A stretch of 64,000 nt of DNA from Squalus acanthias. Lineage: Eukaryota. Of the stretch, positions 22,131 through 34,842 are shown piece by piece. Location of the stretch: positions 5,396,001 through 5,460,000 of the forward strand of contig JASTWF010000033.1 in NCBI GenBank assembly GCA_030390025.1, written 5' to 3'. The position numbers and the translations under genes were made by a program. The notes under the pieces are model-generated. The model worked only from the letters and a program-made list of their open reading frames with translations, was not told the DNA's origin and did no database searches. The stretch's first letter is position 1, and the number at the start of each line of letters is the position of its first letter.

Positions 22131-22483
22131 GTAAACCACATCTGACCCTCTGGATCCAGCTCCAGCCGCCCGCTGCTGGTTCGAGTCCGGTTGTGGTGAC
22201 AGCGGCTCAGGGTCGCGTCAACTGGTTTTATATCGGGACAGTGTTTGAGGGAGGGGCTGTTCAGCGGTGGTGTGAGAATAATTTTTAGAATGAGGTTTGT
22301 TAGATTAAAGAGCTCTTTTTCTGTTACTTTCGATTTACGATCTGCCCAGTTGTATATAGGAACAGTTGACAATGTTTAAGCGATGTGGTGTGTTCAATGT
22401 TTGTGCAGTAACTCTGTCACCCAGTGTGAGCCTGAAAGACAATCCCCCAGGCTGGGTCCGAACCTATTCTACGGCTGCTTTGT

Positions 22484-22557
22484 GGCCGATTACCTCAGTT
22501 GGTGAGAGCGTGGTGCGAATAATGCCAAGGTCACGGGTTTGATCCCAGCACGGGCCA
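22484..22557 (+). pseudogene. tRNA-Ile(AAT), degenerate
   Basis: Mirror of 2373-2446 with 3 differences. Confidence 0.9.
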
Positions 22558-23530
22558 TCCGAATATTTTCGTAATTTTAAGGCTATCGTAACATTTGAAA
22601 TACAAGTTTTATTAGGAAACAATTCCACACCGAATCTCACGGGGGAATTATTTGGATTAACATCCATTGCACCTTTGACACCGGGGCGGAGCGACACATA
22701 GACCATAGAATCATAGATTGATACGGCACAGAAGGAGGCCATTCGGACCATCAAGTCAGCGCTGGCACTTTGAAAGAGTTCTCCCATTAGTCCCACTCCC
22801 CTGCTCTTTCCCCACAGCCCTGCAAATTTCTCCTATTCAATTATTTATCCAATTCTCTTTTGAAAGTTACTATTGAATCTGCTTCCACTGCCCTTTCAGG
22901 CAGCGCATTCCCGATCACAACAACTCGCAGCGTAAAACATGTTTCCTCATCTCCCCTCTCATTCTTTTGCCGGTTATCTTCAATCGGTGTCCTTTGGTTA
23001 CCGAACCTCCTGCCACTGGAAAAAGTTTCAGCTTATTTACTCTATCAAAACCCCTTGTCATTTTGAAAACCTCCATTAAATTACCTCTTAACCTTCTGAG
23101 GAAAACAATCCCAGCTTCTTCAGTCTCTCCACATAACTGAAGTCCCTCATCCCGGGGACCACTCTATGATACGTCAAACTGAGGCTCTCGCTCTGTGTGT
23201 CTGTCTCTCTTTCAGTGTCGCTGTCTGTATCTCTCTTTGTCTCTGTCTCTCTCTTTGTCTCTGTCTCTCTTTTTGTCTCTGTCTCTCTCTTTGTCTCTGT
23301 CTCTCTCTTTGTCTCTGTCTCTCTTTTTGTCTCTGTCTCTCTCTTTGTCTCTGTCTCTCTCTTTTTGTCTCTGTCTCTCTCTTTGTCTCTGTCTCTCTCT
23401 TTGTCTCTGTCTCTCTTTTTGTCTCTGTCTCTCTCTTTGTCTCTGTCTCTCTCTATGTCCTTCTCTACTCTCTCTTTCTCACTCTGTTCACAGCTCGACT
23501 GCTCCTCTGACAGATTCTACATCTGTTAGT

Positions 23531-23597
23531 TCCTCCTTAGTATAGTATCCCTGCCTGGTCACGCGGGTGACCGGGGTTCAATTCCCCGACGGGAAAG
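23531..23597 (+). pseudogene. tRNA-Asp(GTC) pseudogene
   Basis: Mirror of 1371-1437. Confidence 0.9.
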
Positions 23598-25199
23598 ACG
23601 CTTTTTAACATCCCCAATTTTAAACCTTTGGGCAGCTCCTTAAAATGCTTCTTGGAAAAGGTGAACAGAAAAGAAGTAACTAAAAGAATGTTAAAAGATG
23701 TACTGGCATATGAAGATATGTAAAACAACTTCCTGCACCAATTCCTCGTTACTATAGTGCCCCCTCTCTGTTTCCCTCTCCTTTTTGAGTGGAGCACGGA
23801 GGAGGGAGAGAGTGACAGAGAAAAATAGATTAACAGGGTTACGCACAAAAAGCTGGGGTTTGGGACTAAGCACGACTGCTCTTTCAAAGAGACAGCACAG
23901 GTACGAAGGGCCGAATGGCCTCCCTCTGTGCTGCATGAATCCATGAAACTCAGATGGATATATGAGACATACACACACACAAAGAGAGCACACACACATG
24001 GCTGTCTCTTTGTGTGTTTGAGCATTTCTCTCAAGCACTGCATAACTACTTCCTGAACCAGGTCCTTGATAGTATAGTGGTGACTATTCAATTCCCCGAC
24101 GGCTACTCTCTGTCTGTCTCGCTCTGTCTCTGAGAAAAGCACAGAAGGAAACATATTTCAAGTGGATGCCTACCCGCACTTGTTGCTGTGGTTTCGCAAA
24201 CATGTCTTTTGTGTTGTCACCTAAAAAATGTCATTTTGTACGAAAAGTTTGCCTGGCGTGAAAATTATCTTAATTTCACAAATGCTCATCCTTGCCTTCT
24301 GTAAAATTCCTGCTGTTCAAAGTTGGCAGGAAATGACTCAACCTTTCTGTCAACATTTGGAACTAGACACTTTAGATGTTGCCCACATTTAACTGTAGCT
24401 CACAGTGTCAGAACAGTCACAATTATCAATAGTCTTTCATGTATCTTCTTGCCCACTGCATCTCCCTAAAAAACTTAGCTTATCACAGCACGGCTATCAA
24501 TCAATTCTTTGCCAGTGTGAAAAATGCTACATTTGAAACTTAGCAACTTGTGCAAGACTGGAATCAGAGAGTCCGTGGGCAGTGATAAATTATCCTGAGC
24601 ATTAAGATATTCATTAGGCCTGAGCCCTTCCTGTATTGCTCAGTAGCCCAATAAGTGAGGAACTAAGAGACCACAGGCCGGGGGTGGAGGCTGGCCATTT
24701 TCATTTCTGTGTTGGGCTCAGCACCATACCTGCTGCTGAAGAATGAACTTAACATAATTTCAGCTTGGCTGGAGATCATAGAGTCATAACGGCACAGAAG
24801 GAGTCGTTCCGGCTCTCTGCCATGCAATCCAATCAGTCCCATTCCCCCGCTCAATCCCCGTAGCCCTGCAAGTTTATTTCCCTCAAGAGCCTATCCAGTC
24901 TCCCCTTGAGAACTTTGAGTGTCTCCGCTTCCACCATTTCTGTTGGCAGCAAGTTCCAGGTCCTCACCACTCGCTGCGTAAACAAGTTTTTCCTCTCGTT
25001 CCCCCCTGGACCCTTTGCCCAAAACCTTAAATCTGTGTCTGGGCCTTCACATCCTTCCTAAAGTGTGATGAGCAGAACTGGACGCAATACTCCATTTGTG
25101 GCCTAACAAGCACTTTATGAAGGTTCAGCATAACTTTTCTACATTTGTAATTGTTGATGGTACAAGGAATAGGGGACACAGATTCAAGGTTTGAGGAAT

Positions 25200-26065
25200 A
25201 CAGCGTAGAATTTCTAAATTTGCCAATGACACCAAACCTGGGGGTGTGGCAAACAGTGAGGATGATACCAATCGACTGCAACAGGACATAGAAAAGCTAG
25301 CAGAATGGGCAGATGGAATTTAATGCAGAGAAGTGTGAGGTGATGCATTTTGGCAGAAGGAACAAGGAGAGGCAATACACACTTAATGGCACAGTTTTAA
25401 AGAGTGTGCAGGGACAGAGGGACCTGGGAGTTAATGTGCATAGGTCCCTGAAGGTGGCAGGACATATTGAGAGAGTGGTTAACAAAGCATATGGGACCTT
25501 GGGCTTCATAAATAGAGGTATTGAGTACAAAAGTAGAGAAGTTATGCTGAACCTTTAAAAAGTGCTGGTTCGGCCACAACTGGAGTATTGCGTCCAGCTC
25601 TGGTCACCACACTTTAGGAAGGATGTGAAGGCCCTTGAGAGGGTGTAGAGGAGATTTACCAGAATGGTTCCGGGGATCTTAGCTAAAAGGACAGGTTGGA
25701 GAAGCTGGATTTGTTTTCATTAGAGGAAAGGAAGGTGAGGGGTGATCTGTTAGATGTGTACAAGATTATGACGGGTTTGGATAGGCTTGACGGGGAAAGG
25801 CTGTTCCCACTAGTTTTGGTACAAGGACTAGGGGACACAGATTTAAGGATTTGGGCAAGAGATACAGGGGGGATGTGAGAAAAAAACTATTTTACGCAGC
25901 GAGTGGTGAGAAACTGGAAGTCGCTACCGACAGAATTGGTGGAAGCGGAGACACTCAATGTTCTCAAGGAGAGACTAGATAGGCACTTGAGGGAAATAAT
26001 TTTGCAGGGCTACGGGGATAGAGCGGGGGAATGGGACTGACTGGATTGCTCTGCAGAGAGCGGGC
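25200..26065 (+). mobile_element. CR1 LINE 3' portion, degraded
   Basis: MEFNAEKCEVMHFG..QRDLGV..GFINRGIEYKS, with stops and frameshifts. Confidence 0.9.
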
Positions 26066-26209
26066 GCTGCCTGGCGTTTTTATTTGTCCTTTTCAATCCC
26101 CTTATTTTACAATGAAACAAATTGTAGCCGTGATTTTAATTTAGCAGTGTGAGATTTTTCGAGGACAACTTTAACTGGTTCAATAACCTATTCTTATCAG
26201 TAAGTGTAA

Positions 26210-26235
26210 CCCGTGTTCGATTCCCGGTTAGGGAA
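26210..26235 (+). pseudogene. tRNA-Glu-like 3' fragment
   Basis: CCCGTGTTCGATTCCCGGTTAGGGAA resembles the T arm and acceptor end of tRNA-Glu. Confidence 0.55.
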
Positions 26236-27804
26236 GTAACTTTGACATCACCGTTTTTAATTAATTAAAGCGAATAAATAACATGCAACTAACGTGAAAA
26301 AATTAAGAAATGTTTGAATCACCATTAATTAACTGATAACCTTCTTTTGCAGAATGATAAATAATATAATATGGTGACTGAGGGACAGTCGAAACTTCAG
26401 TCATTTATTTTGCTCTTTGCTTGTGCTGAACTGTTAACCCATATCTCATTTTACACATTGTAATTTAGGAGAATGGTTTAAAATGTTCATTGCTTGTGAG
26501 AGCAGGGCTCTGGGGCAACTTTTGTTAAATTTAACAGGACCGGCTATTTCACAGAACAAAAATGCTCTGACATAATTTTTTCAGACCACACACTGACCGA
26601 GTTTCTTAGGCCCAAAGTGGATGATCTGAATCTTGCCCACGTTAAACTCCATTAATCACAGTTCAGGGGAGATTTAATAGAACTGTTCAAAATTATGGGG
26701 GAAACTGTTTCCACTGGCAGGAGGGTCAGTAGGGCTGTGGGGGAAGAGCAGCGGAGTGGAACTAATTGGATAGCGCTTTCAAAGATGCTGCATCAATTGT
26801 TCATTTAAATCTGCGATTGATAGGTTTTTTTTAACCACAGGTATTAAGGAATAATTCAAGTCTGTGAGACATTTTATAATTGTTTCAATCATCATTAATC
26901 AACCAACAACATTGTGTTGCTCACTGCAGGAATTGCTAACAAGTTTACTGAGTGACAGCCAAACTGCAATAAATTATTATAGAATCACAGAATTATACAG
27001 CACAGAAGGAGGCCATTCGCCACATCGTGCCTGTGCCGGCTCTTTGAAAGAGCGAGCCAATTATTCCCACTCCCCAGCTCTTTTCCCGAAGCGCTGCAAG
27101 AGTTTCTTTTTCAACTTATTTCCCTTTTGAAAGTTAATATTGAATCTGCTTCCACTACCATGTCAGGCAGAAATATATTTACATCAATGTTATCCAAGTC
27201 CCATTTCACACATTGATTTCCCTGCTTTGCATGTCATGAAATGTTATCCCTTCTCATTTTACACACTCTATTTTCGGAGTTTGCTTAAAATTTTTCGATG
27301 CTTGTGACATCCACCATTGTTAGATTTAAAAAGATTGCAGCCCCTTTCCTTGTTAATCTCTGCCCCAAAGTGCTGTTGATGCTCATTCGTTGAGTATATT
27401 CAAGGCTGAGATCGATGATTTTTGGACTGCAGTCGAATCAAGCGATATGGGGATAGGCAGGAAAGTGGAGTTGAGGTCGAAGATCAGCCATTATCTGATT
27501 GAATGGCGGTGCAGGCTCGGGGGGCCATAAGGCCGACTCCTGCTCCTAATTCTTTCGTTCTTATGTCCTTTCACAGCAGAGCAAACTCGCCCCTGGACAT
27601 GTATAAGGAGCAAGTTCCAACAAAATGTTTCCGTGAACGTGATAGCTCCTGCACTGCAGAAACGTCTCCACTTTCAGTATCAGGTCTGATGGAAATGTTC
27701 AGCGAGCAGGTGAAACGCTGAATCCCACTTTTCAGGGATGTCCCAAAGCGCTTCACAGTGGCGTGAAAAGAAATGAGTTGCACTTAGTAATTAAATATAG
27801 GGAA

Positions 27805-27888
27805 TGTCAGAAGGATGATTCGAACCCACGCCTATCAAATGAAACTGCAACGTGAACGCAGCGCCTTAGACCACTAGGCCATCCGAAC
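27805..27888 (-). pseudogene. tRNA-Leu(CAG)-derived pseudogene (anticodon now CAC)
   Basis: GTTCGGATGGCCTAGTGGTCTAAGGCGCTGCGTTCACGTTGCAG...GGCGTGGGTTCGAATCATCCTTCTGACA. Confidence 0.88.
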
Positions 27889-28532
27889 AGCTCCCAAGCT
27901 AAACTGCAAGTTATCACTTCCACATTTAGAAAGTTTCAGTCCGGATGCTTGTTCAATGCTGCTTGAAGGCTCAGTGACCGGGATATCATCTCCCCCGGGG
28001 TGTTTCTGAGCCTGTGCTCGGTGTATGGGGAGGTTTGGCCCGGCTCCCTGGTATCTTGCAGCCCAGGATGGACAATAACCCTCTGAGCTCTGGAGCTGGG
28101 GAAGAGCGAGTAATTAATGGGTTTGTTTCCGCGTCTGAAATGCGGCTTCGATCTGATGATATTAACCGAGGCCGGAGCTGCGAGATGTTGCATTTTGTTT
28201 CGGTTTAATCAGAGGAATATCCGCAGTCAGGAGCTGAAAAGGACTAAGCTGAAAAAACACAAGAACATTGATAAGAAATGTAAGCAATTGTGATAAACTC
28301 GAAAAGTGTTTTCTGGTAGTTTAGTGGTTTAATTGTTTTAATCACCATTCATTAACCGATAGAGTTGTTTTTGCAGAATGAAAGAGATGCTCACACTGAG
28401 GGAGAGTCGAAACTTCAATAACTTAAATTTAATAATTTGCGAAACTTTATTCATTGATGAAGTTTTATCACCGATCTGATTTTACACACTGTGTATTAAT
28501 TTATTTCACAGAAATAATACTCTCGAACATAA

Positions 28533-28606
28533 TGTTTCCGCCCGGGATCAAGCCAGGTGCTTTTTCGAGTGCAAGGCGAACGTGATAACCGCTACACTAC
28601 GGAAAC
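28533..28606 (-). pseudogene. tRNA-Val-derived pseudogene (anticodon reads TGC)
   Basis: GTTTCCGTAGTGTAGCGGTTATCACGTTCGCCTTGCACTCGAAAAAGCACCTGGCTTGATCCCGGGCGGAAACA; B box is damaged. Confidence 0.88.
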
Positions 28607-29059
28607 CATTGGTTCACACTGCCTCCGGAAAGATCTGTTCAGCGAGAAGGTGAAATGCTGAATCCCAGATTCAGGATTAATTTCCCATCACTAACATTTC
28701 TCTGAAAGAAACTGCACAAGTCAAAAATGTTCCTTTCAAACTCATTAAAGTCCCGAAATTCCTTCTCCCGAATCTTCTGAATCAGAAGTCTTTGATTTTG
28801 TCCACTCAATCTATGTCCCTTTGCAATTTCTGCTCCCATCCACACGACTCACTGTGTAACTAATTAGTGTCGTTAAACTTGGGAATATACGCCTATAGAA
28901 GACTTTTAGATTACCTTTTATGTCAGCAGCCATTCTATTCTCATACACTCTCTTTCCCCTCTTATTTTCCTTTTCACATCTCAAATGAACTTTCTATATT
29001 TAGCCTGATTCTCAGATATATTAGGACAGTTGAAGTCTCCCATTATCACTGCTCTATAG

Positions 29060-30332
29060 TTCATAGTCATAGAGTCAAAACGGCATAGAAAGAGGCCATT
29101 CGGCCCATCGAGTTCGTGCTGGCTCTCTGTAGAGCAATCCAGTCAGTCACATTCCCCCGCTCTGTCCCCGCAGCCCTGAAGGTTTATTTCCCTCAAGTGC
29201 CTATCCAGTCTACACTTGAAAACATTGAGTGTCTCCGTTTCCACCACTTCCGTCAGCAGCGAATTCCAGGTCCTCACCACTCGCTGCGTATTTTTTTTTC
29301 CTAACGACCCTCCTGTATCTCTTCCCCAATAACTTAAATATGTGTCCCCTAGTCCTTTTAACATCAACTAGTGGGAACATCCTTTCCCCGTTTAGCCTAT
29401 CCAAACTCATTATAATGTTTTACACCTGTATCAGATCACCCCTCAACCTCCTTTGTCTTAAAATACTCCTGTGCCGCGCCTTGGGACGTTTTATTATGTC
29501 AAAGGTGCTAGATAAATGCAAGTTGTTGTGGTTGTAATGAAAACAAATGCAGCTTCTCCAGCCTGTCCTTGTAGCTAAGATCCCCCATCACCGCGACCAT
29601 TCTGGTAAATCTCCACTGCACCTTCTCAAGGGCCTTCACATCCTTCCTAAAATGTGGTGACCAGATCTGGACGCAGTACTCCAGTTGCGGCCTAACCATA
29701 ACTTTATAAAGGTTCAGCATCACTTCTCTACTTTTGTACTCCATACCTCTATTTATGAAGCCCAAGATCCGATATGTTTTGTTAACCACTCCCTCCATAG
29801 GTCCTGCCACCTTCTAGGACCTATGCACATTAAATCCCAGGTTCCTCTTTCCCTGCACACTCTTTAAAACTGTGCCATTATGTGTATATTGCGTCTCACT
29901 GTTCCTTCTGCCAAAATGCATCACTTCATACTTCTCTGTATTAAATTCCATCTGCCACTTGTCTGCCCATTCTGCTAGCCTTTCTCTGTCCTGCTGCAGT
30001 CGATTGGTATCATCCTCACTGTTTGTTACACCCCCAAGTTTGGTGTCGTCGGCAAATTTAGAAATTCTACTCTGTAATACAATATCCAGGTCAGTTATAA
30101 ATATCACAAAAGCAATGGCCCCAGCACTGACCCTTGGGGAACAACACTGTCTACCATCCTCCAGTGTGAAAAACAGCCATTTACCACAACTCGCTGTTTT
30201 CTATCCTTCAGCCAATTCCTGATCCAAGCTGCCACTGACCCTGCTATTCCATCAGCCTCAATATTGTAAACCAGCCTTCTATGTGGTACTTTGTCAAACA
30301 CCTTTCTAAAATCCATGTAGACAACATCCATT
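29060..30332 (-). mobile_element. CR1 LINE RT and 3' end, degraded (L2/SINE tail piece at about 29468-29535)
   Basis: [47 protein letters not shown]. Confidence 0.92.
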
Positions 30333-33190
30333 TGCATGAATTAGCTGTGCAAATAGATGTAAACAGATCTGATATAATTGGGATTACGGAGGCATGGCTC
30401 CAGGGTGACCAAGGCTGGGAATTCAACATCCAGGGGTATTCAATATTCAGGAAGGACAGACAAAAAGGAAAAGGAGGTGGTGTAGCATTGCTGGTTAAAG
30501 AGGAGATTAACACAATAGTAAGCAAGGATATTAGCTCTGATGATGTGGAATCTGTATGCGTAGAGCTGAGAAATACCAAGGGGCAGAAAAAGTTAGTGGG
30601 AGTTGTATACAGACCCCCAAACAGTAATGCTGAGGTTGGGGATGGCATTAAATGGGAAATGAGAGATACGTGCAATAAGGGCACAGCAGTTATCATGAGT
30701 GACTTTAATCTACATATAGATTGGGCTAACCAAATTAGTAACAATACTGTGGAGGAGAAATTCCTAGCGTGTATACGGGATGGTTTCCTGGACCAATATG
30801 TCGAGGAACCAACAAGAGATCAGGCCATCTTCGACTGGGTATTATGTAATGAGAAAGGATTAATTAGCAATCTTGTTGTGCGAGGTCCCTTGGGGAGGAG
30901 CGATCATGATATGATAGAATTCTTCATTAAGCTGGAGAGTGAAGTAGTTGACTCAGAGACTAGGGTCCTGAATTTAAATAAAGGAAACTATGATGGTATG
31001 AGGCGCGAGTTAGCTAGGGTGGATTGGGGAGCGTTACTTAAAGGGTTGACGGTGAATAGGCAATGGCAAACATTTAAAGATCGCATGGATGAACGACAGA
31101 AATTGTTCATCCCTGTTTGGCTTAAAAATAAAAGAAAAAGATGACTCAAACGTGGCTAACAAGGGAAATTAGGGATAGCATAAGACCCAAGGAGAGGACA
31201 TATAAATTGGCCAGAAAAAGCAGCAAACCTGAGGATTGGGAACAGTTTAGGATTCAGCAAAGGAGGACAAAGGGATTAATTAAGAGGGGGAAAAAAGAAT
31301 ATGAGAGTAAGCTTTCAGGGAACATAAAAACTGACTATAAACGCTTCTATAAATATGTGAAGAGAAAAAGATTGGTGAAGTCAAGCGTAGGTCCCTTGCA
31401 GTCAGAATCAGGGCAATGTATAATGGGGAGCAAAGAAATGGCAGACCAATTAAATACTTACTTTGGTTCTGTCTTCAAAAAGGAGGACACAAATAAACTC
31501 CCAGAGATGTATTGGAACATAGGGTCTAATGAGAGGGAGGAATTGAATGAAATCAGTATTTGTAGGGAAATGGTGTTCGGGAAATTGACAGGATTGAAGG
31601 CTGATAAATCCCCAGGGCCTGATATTCTACATCCTAGGGTACTTAAGGAAGTGGCCTAGAAAAAGTAGATGCATTGCTGCTCACCTTACAAAATCTATAG
31701 TTCTGGAACAGTTCCCATGGATTGGAGGGTAGCTAATGTAATCGCACTATTTAAAAAAGGTGGTAAAGAAAAAACGGGGAATTTTCGACCGGTAAGACTG
31801 ACATCGGTAGTGGGCAAAATGCTAGAGTCCATTATAAAAGATGTAATAGCAGAGCACTTGGAAAACAGTGACAGGTTCGGACAAAGTCAACATGGATTTA
31901 CAAAAGGTAAATCATGCTTGACTAATCTACTGGGATTTTTTGAGGATGTAACTGGTAGAATAGATAAGGGAGAAACAGTGGATGTGGTGTATTTGGACTT
32001 TCAGAAGGCTTTCGATAAGGTCCCGCATAAGAGATTAGCGTGCAAAGTTAAAGCACATGGGATTGGGGGTAAGGTACTGTCTTGGATAGAGAACTGGTTT
32101 GCAGACAGGAAGCAAAGAGTTGGAATAAATGGGTCTTTTTCTGAGTTGCAGGCAGTGACTAGTAGGGAACTGCAGGGATCGGTGCTAGGACCCCAGCCAT
32201 TCACAATATATATTAATGATCTAGACGAGGGAATTAGATGTAATATTTCTAAGTTTGCAGACGACACAAAGCTGGGTGGGCGTGTGTGCTGTGAGGAGGA
32301 TGCAGAGAAACTCCAGTATGATTTGGACAGGTTGGGTGATTGGGCAGATGCATGGCAGATGCAGTATAATGTGGATAAATGCGAGGTTATCCACTTTGGT
32401 GGCAAAAACAGGAAGACAGATTATTATCTGAACGGCAATAGATTGGGAAAAGGGGAAGTGCAACGAGATCTTGGAGTCCTTGTGCACCAGTTGCTGAAGG
32501 TAAGCATGCAGGTGCAGCAGGCGGTTAAGAAGGCAAATGGTATGTTGGCCTTCATAACGAGAGGATTCGAGTACAGGAGCAAGGATGTCTTGCTGCAGTT
32601 GTACAAGGCCTTGGTGAGACCGCACCTTGAGTATTTTGTGCAGTTTTGGTTGCCTTATCTGAGGAAGGATGTTCTTGCCATGGAGGGAGTGCAGTGAAGA
32701 TTCACCAGACTGATACCTGGGATGGCACGAATGACGTATGAAGAGATATTGGGTCGATTAGGCTTATATTCGCTAGAGTTTAGAAGAATGAGAGGGGATC
32801 TCATTGAAACTTATAAAATTCTAACAGGACTAGACAGACTAGATGCAGGAAGGCTGTTTCAGATGGTGGTGAGTCCAGAACCAGGGGTCACAGTCTAAGG
32901 ATAAGGGGTGATCCATTTAGGACTGAGATGAGGAGGAATTTCTTCACCCAGAGAGTGGTGAACCTGTGGAATTCTCTACAACAGAAGGCAGTTGAGGCCA
33001 ATTCATTAAATATATTCAAGAAGGTGATAGATATATTTCTTAAGGCTAAAGGGATTCAGGGATATGTGGAGAATGCAGGGACAGGGTACTGAATTTGGAT
33101 GATCAGCCATGATCTCATTAAATGGCGATGCAGGCTCGAGGGGCCGAATAGCCTGCTCCTGCTCCTATCTTCTATGCTTCTATGCTTCTG
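30333..33190 (+). mobile_element. CR1 LINE, near-complete ORF2 (APE endonuclease + RT), disabled
   Basis: DIIGITEAWL, GGGVALLVK, GVVYRPP, SDFN, SDH; KSPGPD, YLDFQKAFDKVPH, QGSVLGP, FADD. Frameshift near 31141, stops at 31659 and 32697, ctatgctt tail. Confidence 0.95.
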
Positions 33191-33547
33191 TGCAGACTTC
33201 AGCGAACATCCCCATTTCTGACCTTATTTTGGAGGGAAGGTAATTGATGAATCAACTGAAGATGGTTGGGCCTCGGACACTGCCCTGTCTAGGACCCTCG
33301 TGATTTTGAACACCTTTATCAGATCTCCTCGCAAACTTCTCTGCTCTAAGGAGAACAACGACAGCTTCTCCAGTCTATCCACGTAAATAAGTCCCTCATC
33401 CCCCGAAACATGCTTGTGAAACTTTTCTGCCTTCACATCCTTCCTAAAATGTTGTGCCCAGAATCCTCCACCTGAGGCCGAACCAATGATGTATAAATGT
33501 TTAGCATTACTTCCTTGCTTTTGTAATCTATGACTCTATTAATAAAG

Positions 33548-33771
33548 ATGATGTGGAGATGCAGGTTTTGGACTGGGGTGGACAAATGTGAGAATTCGCA
33601 CAACACCAGGTTATAGTCCAACAGCTTTATTTGAAATCAAAAGCTTTCGGAGCGCTGCTCCCTCGTCAGGTGAAGTGAAGAAGGTCATCTGTCGAAGGAG
33701 CAGCGCTCCGAAAGCTTGTGATTTCAAATAAAGCTGTTGGACTATAACCTGGTGTTGTGCGACTTCTCCCA
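33548..33771 (-). mobile_element. Second-family Penelope pLTR with an inverted partial copy (fold-back), 13-bp TSD
   Basis: TSD tctattaataaag at 33535-33547 and 33772-33784; arms about 33590-33673 and 33685-33768; matches the pLTR at 35890-35980. Confidence 0.88.
33637..33673 (-). ncRNA. Minimal hammerhead motif (family 2)
   Basis: UCAC-CUGACGA-G-GGAGC(AGC)GCUCC-GAAAGCUU-UUGA; one stem I mismatch. Confidence 0.7.
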
Positions 33772-34294
33772 TCTATTAATAAAGCCAAGGATCACATATG
33801 CCTTTTAACAGCCTTCTCAACTTGTCCCACCACCTTCAAAGATAGATCAATCTTTGGTAAATCCAGGTCACTCTGTTCCTGCACACGATTTAAAATTGTA
33901 GCATTTAGTTTATATCGCCTCAGTTCAATCTTCCGCCCAAAATGGATCACTTCACACTTCTCTGTTAAATTTCATCTGCTATTTCTCTGCCCATTTCACC
34001 ACACTGTAGATGTCCTCATGAAGTCTGTTACGTTCTGTCTCATTATTTAGTACATTTCTGAGTTTCCTGCCATCTGCAAACTTTGAAATGATGCCCAGTA
34101 TTCCCAAGTCCAGGTCATTAATATATATCAAAAAGAGCAGTGATCCTAACACCGACCCCTGGGGAACACCACTGTATACTTCCTTCCTGTCTGAAAACTA
34201 ACCGTTCACCCCTATTTACAATTAATACACGTGCACAGCATCGCACTCATTCTATAAACACCCATTTTATATATAAACACCACACCCATATACA

Positions 34295-34515
34295 CAACAA
34301 CAAAAACAACTTGCATTTATATAGCGCCTTTAAAGTAGTAAATCGTCCCAAGGTGCTTCACAGGAACGATTATCAGACAGAATTTGACACCGAGCCACAT
34401 AAGGAGATATTAGGACAGATGACTGAAAGCTTGATCCACGTGAAAGATTTTAAGGAGAGTCTTAAAGGAGGAAAGAGAGGCGGAGAGCTTCAGGGAGGAA
34501 ATACCAGAGCTTAAG
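34295..34515 (-). mobile_element. L2-like LINE/SINE 3' tail
   Basis: Reverse complement cctgtgaagcaccttgggacg..aaaggcgctatataaatgcaagttgtt; the same tail occurs at 45169-45231 and 29468-29535. Confidence 0.65.
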
Positions 34516-34842
34516 TCCTTGGCTCATACACCAACAGTTTATATTTGTACACGGCCTTGTTAGCAGTTCTGAATATTGTTTCCCGCAACAAGTTTAATTG
34601 TTTTTCAGAAGCTGCTCGGCCTGTTGTGTATTTTGAGCAGTTTCCCAGTTTATTTCCCTGTGATGTGATGATTGTGGGGGCTCGGTGCGTGTAATTGGAT
34701 TTACTGCAGTCCGCCGGCAGCAGGTGGTGAAAGCGGGCGTGAGACGGTGACTGACAGGTGAGCGCTGCTTCTGATGCTGTCTGACACCCTCTGGGAGTGG
34801 GCGGGGATTTTAAAGCCCTTTCATTAGTCCAAGGCAGGAGAA

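Larger units (their letters stand above)
14071..24969. repeat. Right arm of large inverted duplication
   Basis: Reverse-complement copy of the left arm with substitutions, an 823-bp deletion and an extra solo pLTR insertion. Confidence 0.97.
33280..34205 (-). mobile_element. CR1 LINE fragment interrupted at 33548-33771
   Basis: DRLEKLSLFSLEQRSLRGDLI, FINRVIDYKSKEVML, PQGS region. Confidence 0.85.

Noticed and set aside
26374..26403. Possible hammerhead (ctgaggga..gaaac) within a tgactga/tcagtca hairpin
   Set aside because: The core does not fit CUGANGA and there is no proper stem II.
30281..32697. Functional LINE ORF2
   Set aside because: Broken by a frameshift and in-frame stops; 5' end truncated against an opposite-strand CR1.
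34712..34732. CTCF-like motif ggcagcaggtggtg
   Set aside because: A single imperfect match cannot be supported without a PWM scan or ChIP data.
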